Positions 1-10,022 of a DNA stretch of 64,000 nt are shown here, in pieces (the stretch's first letter is position 1; every line of letters begins with the position of its first letter). Below the pieces are notes generated by a model that saw only the letters and a list, made by a program, of their open reading frames with translations, was not told where the DNA came from and made no database searches. Where the stretch lies: contig CAZALK010000001.1 of assembly GCA_964486045.1 (NCBI GenBank), positions 360,242-424,241 on the forward strand. The letters are read 5' to 3'. This DNA is from an uncultured archaeon. GTDB taxonomy: Archaea; Asgardarchaeota; Lokiarchaeia; Sigyniarchaeales; SOKP01. The translations under genes and the position numbers were made by a program.

Positions 1-1290
1 ACTTAGAGACACGTCTCTCATTAATTCCTTTTTCTCTCCATTTTCAATTTTATAAGAAAACTTACATTTAAATTGAAAATTCCCAGTTGAGGGATCGGTA
101 TAACCATACTGAAAATCTTCACATAAAATGCCATTTTTAGTATCTTCAATTATTTCCTCGTTGTTCCAATCTCCTGGTTCTAAAAAGGTAAATCCCATAC
201 GCACTTGAGGTCTTGAAGAAGAAGATGATGCTCTTCCATGACCGTTAGAAAGAGTACCCATTCTTGAGGATGTTTCTAAATTATGTAGGTAATTTTTGAG
301 GATTCCCTTTTCGATTATGGTTGTTTTTTGGGATGGAATTCCTTCATCATCTACGAAATAACACCCAAACAATTCATACGGCATATTAAATTTTTTACCT
401 TGCCCCATAGTCGGATTATCTATAATATTGACTTTTTCTGAAGCAACTTGTTTACCAATCTTTCCTTTTAATAAGCTATCATTGTTCAACACTAAATCTG
501 CTTCAACACCATGGCCGAATGCCTCATGAATTAACGTACCTGTCAACTTTGGATCAGTAATAACTGTTAATTTACCACCAATAGGTGATTTTGCTCTTAA
601 TAAATCAACGGCTTCTTTTGCTGATTTCGTGCTTAAATTTTCTGCTTTTTCTGTTTTCGTAATTTCAAAGCCACCTAGACCCCCAATAGTGTTTGCAGAC
701 CTCTGAATTGAACCATTTTCTTGAGTATAAACTTTGCTAAACAATCTTAAAAACGATAGATCTTGAAATACATAACTATTGAAGGAATTAACTAATAAGT
801 TGTTAACATGACCATCAATATAAAGAGTATGAGTATTTTTTATTTTTGAAGAATAGTCAGAAGCAATTTTCTCATGATATTTAACAAGATTGATTTTCTC
901 CTCGATATCAACTTCTTCTAAATTTCTCTTGCTACTGGTTTTGAACTCTTGAATAAGGGGATCTCTTGGAGCTATTTTGAACTTGTTTTTACATAAGGAT
1001 TCTGATAATCTGGCTAATTTAACTGCTTTTTGAAATCCTTTTATTATCGATTTTTTGTTTAGATCTTTTAGTACACAAAAGCCCCAACCCCCGTTATTAA
1101 AAGCTCTTATTCCACATTCGGTTATATAATGAGAAGATATTTCCTTACTCTTTGAATCTGTAAAATCTAACGTAGTACCACGACTTACTCCTGTTCTGAT
1201 ATCCCAAAACTCGGTTTTGTCCTTAGCAATAGAATTTAATTCTTTTATTAATTTATCATCGATTTCCTTTAAATCATCCACAATATCCAT
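1..1290 (-). CDS. tldD: TldD family metalloprotease (3' end runs off window)
   Basis: Not in ORF track. Manual translation from ATG at 1290 gives MDIVDDLKEIDDK...CGIRAFNNGGWGF and the HExxxH motif GTLIHEAFGHGVEAD (~500-540), plus DDEG and PQVRM motifs. Confidence 0.9.
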   Translation of the reverse strand, partial: MDIVDDLKEIDDKLIKELNSIAKDKTEFWDIRTGVSRGTTLDFTDSKSKEISSHYITECGIRAFNNGGWGFCVLKDLNKKSIIKGFQKAVKLARLSESLCKNKFKIAPRDPLIQEFKTSSKRNLEEVDIEEKINLVKYHEKIASDYSSKIKNTHTLYIDGHVNNLLVNSFNSYVFQDLSFLRLFSKVYTQENGSIQRSANTIGGLGGFEITKTEKAENLSTKSAKEAVDLLRAKSPIGGKLTVITDPKLTGTLIHEAFGHGVEADLVLNNDSLLKGKIGKQVASEKVNIIDNPTMGQGKKFNMPYELFGCYFVDDEGIPSQKTTIIEKGILKNYLHNLETSSRMGTLSNGHGRASSSSSRPQVRMGFTFLEPGDWNNEEIIEDTKNGILCEDFQYGYTDPSTGNFQFKCKFSYKIENGEKKELMRDVSLS

Positions 1291-1436
1291 ATTTGTTTCT
1301 CTGTTTGATTTTTATTTCAAGATATATAAAAAGCATTTAGGTTTACAAAGTTTCATAAAAGATTTGGAGAAAATATTTTAAATACCTTTGTTTTTTAATA
1401 TATCAACATTAATAAAAGCCAAATTCAAAATAAAAT

Positions 1437-1634
1437 TTAGGTTTTTGTTTTCAGCTCTTTAATTATCGCAATAGCTCCTTTAGTTGTGCAAAGTTTAGTA
1501 AACTTTGTTGAATTTTTAAATGAAAAAGAATGGTTACATTTCCAACATTTTTTTTTTTTAATCACACGATGTGTATAGTACCATTCCCCACAATTATAAC
1601 ATCGATAAAAAAAGTATTTTATTTGAGTATACAT
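1437..1634 (-). CDS. Small Zn-ribbon protein (DUF1922-like)
   Basis: CYNC...KKCWKCNH: two CxxC pairs in 65 aa. Confidence 0.7.
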   Translation of the reverse strand: MYTQIKYFFYRCYNCGEWYYTHRVIKKKKCWKCNHSFSFKNSTKFTKLCTTKGAIAIIKELKTKT

Positions 1635-1842
1635 TCATGGGGTTTAATTTAGTAGTAAATTTATTCTACATTAGCTAGAAGATTTACTGATTTTTGCCTT
1701 TTTTGTTATAAGATTGCTATTTAATACTAATTAGATATACTCAATTGTTATTGAAATTATGATATCGTGTAAATAAAATAAGATATATGTTTTGATGAAT
1801 CATTATTTTAAGTATAAGAAACAAAAAAAAAAAGGAGAAAAT

Positions 1843-3201
1843 ATGGATCACAAATTTATCAATCCTATAGAAACTAGGTATCGAACTGATATTGCTAATT
1901 TGTTTACTGAGGAAAAAAAGTTAGAAAATTGGTTAAAAGTGGAAGCCGTTTTAGCACGGGTTCATGCAGAATTTGGAAACATTCCTAAAGAAGCCGCAGA
2001 TGAGATTAGCAGAAAGGCCAGTTTAAAGTATGTGAAATTAGAGAGAGTCAAAGAAATTGATAGAGAGATCCATCACGATTTAATGGCGATGGTAAAGGGT
2101 CTAGCGGAACAATGTGAAAGAGATGCAGGTAAATATATCCATTTAGGAGCAACAAGTTATGACATTGAAGATTGTTCCACTGCTATGCAATTAAAAGAAG
2201 CTTTACATTGTATTAAAAAATCTTTATTGGAATTATTGAATGTTTTGATAAAATTAGCGGAAGAAAAAAAAGATTTAGTTTGTATCGGAAGAACTCATGG
2301 TCAACATGCAGTCCCAACTACATATGGAATGAGGTTTGGTGTATGGGCTTACGAAGTTAGTAGACATCTTGATCGTTTATCTGAAGTATTAGATCGTATA
2401 TCATATGGTAAAATGTCTGGTGCAATTGGCACTATGGCAAGTTTTGGAGAGAAAGCAGTTGAAATACAACGCAGTGTAATGAACAAACTTGAATTAAATC
2501 CTGTTATTATCGCGAACCAGGTGATACAGAGAGATAGACATGCTGAAGTTATATTCTTAACTGCAATTATTGGACAATCCTTAGCTAAAATCGCAAGAGA
2601 AAATAGGATATTACAGAGAAGTGAGATTTCTGAAATGCTTGAACCTTTTAAAAAGGCACAGGTTGGAAGTTCTACTATGCCTCATAAACGAAATCCTCAT
2701 AAATCAGAAAGAATTTGTAGTTTAGCAAGAATTATTAAATCTAATATCATTCCTGCCTTAGATAATATTGTATTAGAAGATGAAAGAGATATTACTAACT
2801 CGGCATCAGAACGAGTGATTTTTGGGGAAAATTTTGTATTTCTTGATTATATGATAAAAGAATTAACAACAAATCTTAAAGGAGTAGAATTTGATGAGAT
2901 TAAAATTGAAGAAAACCTCAATCTCACTAAAGGAGCATGTCTTAGCGAAAAAGTTATGGTTAAACTAGTTAGTAAGGGAATAGGAAGACAGGAAGGACAT
3001 GAACTTTTAAGACAAACAGCAATTAATGCACGAAGAGACAATCGGTTTATGAAGGAGATTTTGTATGAAAATTCTAAAATCAAAAATTTATTCACAAAAG
3101 AAGAGTTAAATGAGTTGTTTGATCCCCATAAATATATTGGTAAAGCGATTGATCAAACAGAGAAGTTAATTAAAATTATGAAAAGTAAATACAATTGGTA
3201 G
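1843..3201 (+). CDS. purB: Adenylosuccinate lyase
   Basis: HLGATS, GRTHGQHA and signature GSSTMPHKRNP. Start moved to ATG 1843, which follows a GGAG SD. Confidence 0.97.
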   Translation: MDHKFINPIETRYRTDIANLFTEEKKLENWLKVEAVLARVHAEFGNIPKEAADEISRKASLKYVKLERVKEIDREIHHDLMAMVKGLAEQCERDAGKYIHLGATSYDIEDCSTAMQLKEALHCIKKSLLELLNVLIKLAEEKKDLVCIGRTHGQHAVPTTYGMRFGVWAYEVSRHLDRLSEVLDRISYGKMSGAIGTMASFGEKAVEIQRSVMNKLELNPVIIANQVIQRDRHAEVIFLTAIIGQSLAKIARENRILQRSEISEMLEPFKKAQVGSSTMPHKRNPHKSERICSLARIIKSNIIPALDNIVLEDERDITNSASERVIFGENFVFLDYMIKELTTNLKGVEFDEIKIEENLNLTKGACLSEKVMVKLVSKGIGRQEGHELLRQTAINARRDNRFMKEILYENSKIKNLFTKEELNELFDPHKYIGKAIDQTEKLIKIMKSKYNW

Positions 3202-3210
3202 CCAAATATA

Positions 3211-4389
3211 ATGGCTGAAGATGAGAATATTTATTCTAAACTGGGAGTTTCATCCAAAAAAGAAGATGTTCATAACGCTATTAAAAAATTAGGAAAAGGG
3301 TTGTTTCCCGGCTCCTTTTGTAAAATTGTTAAAGATGTAAACGACCGAAATGATTATTGTTCCATTTCCCATGCTGACGGTGCAGGCACTAAATCAAGTT
3401 TAGCATATATGTATTATAAGGAAACGGGAGATCTTTCTATTTTCAAAGATGTTGTCAAGGATGCTATAATTATGAATATTGATGACATTTTGTGTGTGGG
3501 TGCGACTGGGAAGATGTTTTTAGTCAACAATCTTGGTCGGAACAGTAATTATATCTCAAGAGATATTATTGCTACAATTATTAAAGAGTATTATGATTAT
3601 AGTAAAAAACTAACTGAACTCGGTTTAGAAGTGATTTTATGTGGAGGTGAAACCGCAGATGTTGGTGATATAGTAAAAACTATCCTTCTCGATGCATCTG
3701 TATTCACTTGCATGAAAAAGGAAAATGTCATAAATGCTGCTAACATTCAAGTAGATGATGTGATAGTGGGACTCGCAAGTTATGGAAAAGCTTCGTATGA
3801 AGAAGAGTTCAATAGTGGCATTGGGAGCAATGGACTCACTTTAGCTAGACATGGTGTACTTTCTCATGAATACCATTCTAAATATCCTGAATGTTATGAC
3901 CGAAATTTAGATGAAAAACTAGTTTTTTTTGGTAATCATAAACTAACAGATCCAATAAAGGGTGTAGACTTAACTGTAGGGGAAGCTTTATTATCCCCAA
4001 CTAGGACTTATGTGCCATTAATAATTGAAGTTTTGAAGCAATTTCGAACGGATATTCATGGAATCATACACAATACAGGGGGTGGTCAAACAAAAAACTT
4101 GAATTATGGTAACGGTATTAATTATATCAAAAATAATCTATTTTCCCTCCCAAAAATTTTTGAAATAATTCAGAACTCTTCTGAAACCAAGTGGAAAGAT
4201 ATGTATAGGGTGTTTAATATGGGGCATAGAATGGAATTATATTGTGAAGAAGCAGTAGCCAAAGAAATTATAAAAATTGCTTCACAATTTAAAATTGAAT
4301 CAAAAATTATTGGAAGATGTGAAAAATCACCATTTAAGGATAATGTTGTCAATATTAATTCAGAATTTGGTTCTTTCAAATATAATTAA
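3211..4389 (+). CDS. purM: Phosphoribosylformylglycinamidine cyclo-ligase (AIR synthase), long variant
   Basis: HADGAGTK, GGETAD, SNGLTLAR and FNMGHRME motifs; directly downstream of purB. Confidence 0.9.
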   Translation: MAEDENIYSKLGVSSKKEDVHNAIKKLGKGLFPGSFCKIVKDVNDRNDYCSISHADGAGTKSSLAYMYYKETGDLSIFKDVVKDAIIMNIDDILCVGATGKMFLVNNLGRNSNYISRDIIATIIKEYYDYSKKLTELGLEVILCGGETADVGDIVKTILLDASVFTCMKKENVINAANIQVDDVIVGLASYGKASYEEEFNSGIGSNGLTLARHGVLSHEYHSKYPECYDRNLDEKLVFFGNHKLTDPIKGVDLTVGEALLSPTRTYVPLIIEVLKQFRTDIHGIIHNTGGGQTKNLNYGNGINYIKNNLFSLPKIFEIIQNSSETKWKDMYRVFNMGHRMELYCEEAVAKEIIKIASQFKIESKIIGRCEKSPFKDNVVNINSEFGSFKYN

Positions 4390-4400
4390 AATTAGTAAAA

Positions 4401-5351
4401 ATGACTAATACCTTCGATGTTATTTGTATAGGAGCCGCCCTTGTTGATATGGTGGCTCAAATCGAGAGACATCCAGAAGAGGATGACGAAGTTTTTGTTT
4501 CTGATTTAAAATTATTTTCTGGGGGAGCTGCTGCAAATACTGCATTTGTATGTGCAAAACTGAATTTAAAAACTGCCTTTATTGGAAAACTAGGTCGAAA
4601 TGATACATTTGGAACTATGATAATTAATGATTTTAATAAAGCAGATTTAAATACGGATTTAATAAAATACTCCAATGAATACACAACTGGATCTGCTTAC
4701 GTAGCCTTAAATAAAGAAGGAGATCGAAGGATTTATGCCCATAGTGGAGCTGCAAATTATCTTTCAAAAAAAGATATTCGAGAGGATGAACTATCTTCGG
4801 CTAAAATCCTCTTTTTAAGCAGTTTAAAAAACTTAGAGCCTTTTGTTATTGCTGCTGAAATTGGGAAGAGAAAAAATATTCCACTAATTCTAAACCCGGG
4901 TATGTTGATAATAGAACAAGGTTTTACAAACATTAAGAATCTTTTAGAAAAAGTTGATATTTTAATTATATCCCAGAGAGAATTCCAAGTTCTCTTTCAT
5001 GTCTCAGAAGAAAGTTTCAATCTTAATATTGCTCAGGAAAAGTCGGAAAATCTATTCTCAATCGGAATAAAGGTTCTAATAATCACAATCGGTAAAAAAG
5101 GAGCTTTATTAGTTACACCAAATAGTGCACAGATTATTCCGCCATTTAAACCTGATAGAGTTGTCGATACTACAGGAGCAGGAGATGCATTTTCAGCCGG
5201 TTTTGTATATGGATTTTTCCAGAATCTTAGTTTTGAATTAGATGATCTTAAAAACGATGCAAAGATAGGGAATTTTGTTGCTAGCAAGTGCATTGAGAAA
5301 TTGGGAGCTAGAAAAGGAATTCCGGACTTGGAGGAAGTAAAATCGGTTTAA
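4401..5351 (+). CDS. PfkB/ribokinase-family carbohydrate or nucleoside kinase
   Basis: GGAAAN and DTTGAGDAF PfkB signatures. Confidence 0.92.
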   Translation: MTNTFDVICIGAALVDMVAQIERHPEEDDEVFVSDLKLFSGGAAANTAFVCAKLNLKTAFIGKLGRNDTFGTMIINDFNKADLNTDLIKYSNEYTTGSAYVALNKEGDRRIYAHSGAANYLSKKDIREDELSSAKILFLSSLKNLEPFVIAAEIGKRKNIPLILNPGMLIIEQGFTNIKNLLEKVDILIISQREFQVLFHVSEESFNLNIAQEKSENLFSIGIKVLIITIGKKGALLVTPNSAQIIPPFKPDRVVDTTGAGDAFSAGFVYGFFQNLSFELDDLKNDAKIGNFVASKCIEKLGARKGIPDLEEVKSV

Positions 5352-5423
5352 TCGGTGCTAGTAATCAAAAAGTTTTTAATTCTTCAATACAATAATTTTT
5401 TATTAAAATAAGAGTGAGGAGAT

Positions 5424-6494
5424 ATGGTTTTTTCAAAACAAAAGAGAAAAATTGCGAAAGTTAGATTTACATTTTTTCTCTATGAAGTAGCACTTGTATT
5501 TGTTTTTTTATTTGTCCTCCTTATTATTCCGGTTTTTTTAATTCCTCTAATTGCAAAAGAAGGGAGTAATCTTTATGGTATCTTATTTTATGTAATAAGA
5601 GCAATAATTATTTTCTTCGGTATACCTCTAATTTTATATTTAACCACTCTATTATTCGATTCCCAAAAAAAAATTATTCTCGATGAAGATATCTCTCCTT
5701 CAACCGGCCATCTAAAATTGTATCGGATGACGAGAAAAAATTATAAATTTCAAATTTTATATGGATTCTTGATTTTCTTTTTAGTTTTTTTACCGATAGA
5801 TTTCTTCACTTACCTTGTAGTCCCAGAAACTATTGGTTATCAAGCATTTGTACTTGCAAGTAAAAATACAAACTTTTATATTGGCCCCATGTCCAACAAT
5901 TACTTTATATTTTTGATTTCTGCAATCATCATCCAGTTTTCAGTAGCTATTACTGAAGAAACGGTTACGAGGGGATTTTTAGCTAAACGAGGTAGTGAGT
6001 ATTTTTTTAAAATGTCTGCTGTGATCATATCGTCTTTATATTTTGGGTTAGGTCATTTAGCTTATCTCATCCAGGCTACTGCGTGGTACCCCTTAATTTG
6101 GTTTGGAGAAGCGTTTATAGTTGGTATAATTTTGGCTTTAATTGTATTACGAAAAAAGTGGATTCTTCCGGCAATAATTGCCCATGCTTTAAACAATATC
6201 GTTTCTGCTCATACTATTTGGAGTTTCTTGCAGGGAATTAGTTTTCAAATTGTCATTTTTTATGTTTATATTCCCCTGTTTATTATTGGTATTTTATTTG
6301 TGTTTGTTTGTTGGCTATTAGTATGGGAATTTTCGAGTTTCAAGCAAGGACTCTCAAATGGATTTTCTACTTTAAAAACATATTTTAAGAGAGATTCTGA
6401 AGAAGATACAAAAGGAGATACTTTATTCCGTATCTTTATTGATATTGTGATTGGGTTTCTGATTTTTATTATGGGTATGTTGATCGCAATTTAA
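5424..6494 (+). CDS. CPBP (CAAX protease/Abi) family intramembrane glutamic protease
   Basis: Multi-TM protein with EExxxRG (TEETVTRG), FxxxH (FGLGH) and HxxxN (AHALNN) motifs. Confidence 0.88.
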   Translation: MVFSKQKRKIAKVRFTFFLYEVALVFVFLFVLLIIPVFLIPLIAKEGSNLYGILFYVIRAIIIFFGIPLILYLTTLLFDSQKKIILDEDISPSTGHLKLYRMTRKNYKFQILYGFLIFFLVFLPIDFFTYLVVPETIGYQAFVLASKNTNFYIGPMSNNYFIFLISAIIIQFSVAITEETVTRGFLAKRGSEYFFKMSAVIISSLYFGLGHLAYLIQATAWYPLIWFGEAFIVGIILALIVLRKKWILPAIIAHALNNIVSAHTIWSFLQGISFQIVIFYVYIPLFIIGILFVFVCWLLVWEFSSFKQGLSNGFSTLKTYFKRDSEEDTKGDTLFRIFIDIVIGFLIFIMGMLIAI

Positions 6495-6509
6495 TGGAGC
6501 ATAGATTTA

Positions 6510-7028
6510 ATGAAGTTTGGTATAATTTCTGATACTCACATAACTTCTGGTACTAAAAAGCCCCAAATAACGGCATTACTTGATCAATTAAAAAGCGTTT
6601 TTAAAGATGTTGATCAAATTATTCATGCAGGAGATGTATGTGAGCTCTTCTTTTTAGACGAGTTAAGAAGTATAGCTCCTCTTATTTGTGTAAAAGGAAA
6701 TATAGATAAAATTGAGAACTTAAATCAATTTGAAAAATTTTCAGAAAGTCGTTATAATATCGGAGTAATTCATATATTGCCTAAGAATCTAGAAGAATTC
6801 ATAAAAGAAAATAATTTACACATTATCATTTTTGGACACACTCATGTTCCACTAATAAAGGGAACAAAATTTAACACTTTACTCGTAAATCCTGGGTCCC
6901 CTACAGCACCAAAACCGCCACCTCAAAAATCAGGATTTCTTAAACCGGTAGCAAGGCCTAGTGTTATAACATTGAATATTGATGAGAATGATGTTATGTC
7001 TACTTTTATTTTAACATTGAGGAGTTAA
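6510..7028 (+). CDS. YfcE/MJ0936/Vps29-family metallophosphoesterase
   Basis: ISDTH, HAGD, GNxD, FGHTH and NPGS motifs. Confidence 0.92.
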   Translation: MKFGIISDTHITSGTKKPQITALLDQLKSVFKDVDQIIHAGDVCELFFLDELRSIAPLICVKGNIDKIENLNQFEKFSESRYNIGVIHILPKNLEEFIKENNLHIIIFGHTHVPLIKGTKFNTLLVNPGSPTAPKPPPQKSGFLKPVARPSVITLNIDENDVMSTFILTLRS

Positions 7029-7265
7029 AAGATGAAGAATTTAATTTTCTAATTATTCATTTTACAAAAGACAATAAAAAAGTTGATTTTTTATAAAGAA
7101 GTCAAAATTTTAAGTGTTCTTCTTTTTTCATTTTCGACATCAAATAATTTTAAATAGAATTTTACTCATATTATTTATACTAAGAAAGTTTGTACCGAAG
7201 TATTACAATTAATACATTCTAACAAAAAATGATTGTACCTAAAAAAATAGTAAGAGAGCGTTAAA

Positions 7266-7661
7266 TTGGTTAGCAGACTCGATCTAGTACTTAAAGAACT
7301 TAATGAAAATGGAAATTTCCGAGCATCATTATTCGCTACTTCAGCAGGTCTCGTTTTAGCTTCCCAAAAAGAAGAAGATATAGATGAACGTGTAGTAGCA
7401 GCAATGAGTTCTTTATTAAGTGATGCTGCTTATAAAGCCTCTGAAGAAATTGGTTTATCAGATGTAATGAGTGTGAAGATTAAGTATAAAGAAGATTTTA
7501 TTATAATGAGAAATATTAGTATGAACAAAACAACCGAATTTCTTTTAGCTATCCTCACAAAATTACCAGAATCAGAGGAAATTGAAAAATACACCGATCA
7601 ACTTCTTGATTGGGCTGAAGAAAATAGTAGAGCAGACCTGGAAAAATTATCTACGCTTTAA
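7266..7661 (+). CDS. Roadblock/LC7 domain protein
   Basis: 131 aa with the roadblock pattern: helix, LFATSAGLVLAS strands, VAAMSSLL helix, strands, terminal helix. Confidence 0.8.
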   Translation: MVSRLDLVLKELNENGNFRASLFATSAGLVLASQKEEDIDERVVAAMSSLLSDAAYKASEEIGLSDVMSVKIKYKEDFIIMRNISMNKTTEFLLAILTKLPESEEIEKYTDQLLDWAEENSRADLEKLSTL

Positions 7662-7663
7662 AA

Positions 7664-8308
7664 TTATTTGGTTAAGTACTCCTGGAGATTTCTTAAAAAC
7701 TCTAAAACAGCATTAGCAACTTGTTCTTCATAATTTCCATAAAAATGATCCGCACCTTCTATTATCTTCTTTTTTTTTGGATCTAAGTAATAATCAAAAT
7801 TTTCCTGAAAATTTCCATAATGAGCAACATTATCTTTGTCTCCTTGAATAAATAGCTTAGGTTTAGATGTTTGAGAAAGCTCCTTGTATTTTGATCCTAT
7901 AAAACCCCATGGAAAAGAGATAGAAATATAACCCCCAATCTGATCTGAATGTCCAACAGCCGAACACCCAATTACTGCTCCATATGAATATCCACATAAG
8001 AAAATCTTCTTATATTTTCTCTCATTTATTAAAAAGTCAATGCATGCATGAACATCACTTAATTCCCCAGTTCCATTTGAATGAGATCCTGTAGATCTCC
8101 CAACACCCCTAAAATTAAACCTGATACAAGAAATATTATGACTTACTAACTTATTAAATACTCCAGAAACGACGTTGTTAAACATGTTACCTCCATATTG
8201 GGGATGAGGATGGCAAATTAAAACAGAAACGTTCTCAGTACCAAATTTTGATAGAAATAATTCGGCTTCCAGTTTAATATCATTATTCGTTATGAATATT
8301 CTCTCCAT
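7664..8308 (-). CDS. Alpha/beta hydrolase
   Basis: HPHPQYGGNM, RFNFRGVGRS, nucleophile GYSYG, GADHF. Confidence 0.92.
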   Translation of the reverse strand: MERIFITNNDIKLEAELFLSKFGTENVSVLICHPHPQYGGNMFNNVVSGVFNKLVSHNISCIRFNFRGVGRSTGSHSNGTGELSDVHACIDFLINERKYKKIFLCGYSYGAVIGCSAVGHSDQIGGYISISFPWGFIGSKYKELSQTSKPKLFIQGDKDNVAHYGNFQENFDYYLDPKKKKIIEGADHFYGNYEEQVANAVLEFLRNLQEYLTK

Positions 8309-8354
8309 AGTTTAAATTAATTTTTTACTTATAATAATTATACTAAAAATCGTT

Positions 8355-9221
8355 GTGCGAAATATGAGTTATTATAATAGATTTATCATTCAAAGAAAAC
8401 TTAAAGGATTTATTGAAGAGGATTGCAATTTTGCAGATATTTCTTCGATTTCAATTCCATCAAATACTGAAATAACTGCCAAAATCTTTGCTAAAAGTGC
8501 AGGTTATGTCTCAGGTTTAGAAGAATTAGAGATCATTTTTGAGTTGTTAGATGTTTCCACAGATTTAAAGAAAATTGATGGTGATGCTTTTCAAAAAGAA
8601 GATATTATTGCCGTATTAAAAGGAGACGCTAAAAGTATATTGTTAGGAGAGAGATTATGCCTTAATCTCATAACACATATGAGCGCGATAACTTCAACAA
8701 CAAGAAAATTTGTCGAATTAATAAAGTATTCCGGAAAAAATGTAAAAATTGCCTGTACTCGCAAAACGACTCCGGGACTAAGAATTTTTGAAAAAAAAGC
8801 TGTGGAATTAGGTCAAGGTGACACACACAGATTTTCTTTAGACGATATGGTTTTGTTAAAAGATACACATCTTCGATACTATAATGGAGATATTGAAAAA
8901 CTTTTAGCCGATGTTAAGAAAAAAGTTAGTTTTTCAAAGAAAATTGAAATAGAAGTAGAAAAAGTTGAAGATGTCCTTATTGCTGCAAAGAACGGGGCTG
9001 ATATCATAATGTTGGATAATTTTAGTCCTGATGGGGTTGAAGACTGTATAAATTTATTAAAAGAGCATAATTTCAGAGATAAAATAATAATTGAGGTTTC
9101 TGGTGGGGTCAATTTAAAGAATATTGTAGACTATTTAATATCTGAACCTGATGTGATAAGTTCAGGTCAATTAACAAAATTTCCAACAGAACAGGTAGAT
9201 TTTTCCCTTAGATTTGATTAA
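8355..9221 (+). CDS. nadC: Nicotinate-nucleotide diphosphorylase (quinolinate phosphoribosyltransferase)
   Basis: TRKTTPGLR, HRFSLDD, IMLDN, EVSGG. True start may be ATG 8364. Confidence 0.95.
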   Translation: MRNMSYYNRFIIQRKLKGFIEEDCNFADISSISIPSNTEITAKIFAKSAGYVSGLEELEIIFELLDVSTDLKKIDGDAFQKEDIIAVLKGDAKSILLGERLCLNLITHMSAITSTTRKFVELIKYSGKNVKIACTRKTTPGLRIFEKKAVELGQGDTHRFSLDDMVLLKDTHLRYYNGDIEKLLADVKKKVSFSKKIEIEVEKVEDVLIAAKNGADIIMLDNFSPDGVEDCINLLKEHNFRDKIIIEVSGGVNLKNIVDYLISEPDVISSGQLTKFPTEQVDFSLRFD

Positions 9222-9228
9222 CATTGAG

Positions 9229-9621
9229 CTAATCTATTACCATCTCACGGATGGAACAGATTACATCTCTAATTTTAGCTAATTCTTTATATAGATCCCT
9301 GATCGTCTCAATTTCTCCAACTACCAAAATAATTTCAATTTTTTTTTCCGCTATTCGCCAATCTGTTATCGTCTTAATGATGCGATGAAATCGTGAGTAG
9401 GAGTCAGAGATCTGATCAATAGTGATATCCTTAAACGGATAGACGAGATTAATGGTCATTATTTTATATCCTTCTAAATTCTCAAATTTCTCATTTTTTT
9501 CAATAAAACTTACAATAGAGTCTCTTAATGCTTCACTTTTTGAGCTGAAACCACTTTTATTCCGAATCCTATCGAATCTTTCTAATAAATCGTCACTTAC
9601 TTGTAGAGATATTATTGGCAT
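9229..9621 (-). CDS. NikR-like ribbon-helix-helix regulator with C-terminal ACT-like domain
   Basis: N-terminal ISLQVSDDLLERFD...GFSSKSEALRD RHH pattern; Ni-binding His/Cys residues absent. Confidence 0.8.
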   Translation of the reverse strand: MPIISLQVSDDLLERFDRIRNKSGFSSKSEALRDSIVSFIEKNEKFENLEGYKIMTINLVYPFKDITIDQISDSYSRFHRIIKTITDWRIAEKKIEIILVVGEIETIRDLYKELAKIRDVICSIREMVID

Positions 9622-9689
9622 TATAAAATCAACTAAGAATTCGTATAAGATAAATTTTTACAACTATCTAATATATGTTAGCTTAATCA

Positions 9690-9960
9690 TTAGAGAAATT
9701 TATTTAAAAATCTGAGACCATTTTCTAAATCCTTAGTGGTTAATAATTCAATTATTTATGATCCTTTATAGTTGTACGACTTAATAAGATCAAAAATTTT
9801 GCGAAAATTGAATTTTCCCTTTCCAAGTGGTTGGTACTTATCCGAAATTTTACTGGAATTATCAACCATGTGTCCAGGATGGATTGTGAGCAGGTCACTA
9901 CCCATTTTCCTACAGAATTATGCTGCTTTCGATCATGATTCTACTGATGTATTAGATAGT
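9690..9960 (-). pseudogene. Remnant of sugar-phosphate isomerase/epimerase (xylose isomerase-like TIM barrel)
   Basis: Manual translation: SVES*SKAA*FCRKMGSDLLTIHPGH...YQPLGKGKFNFRKIFDLIKSYNYKGS*IIEL...RFLNKFL*. IHPG and PLGxG...YxG.iiE motifs are present, with stops and a large internal deletion. Confidence 0.65.
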
Positions 9961-10022
9961 CCTCGTCCTATAATTTATCCAAGAGAACTAATAACTATCT
10001 CCATTTATGTCACCAATTAAAA

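Noticed and set aside
9772-10020. 82-aa plus-strand ORF in the track
   Set aside because: No motif; it is the antisense shadow of the isomerase relic on the minus strand.
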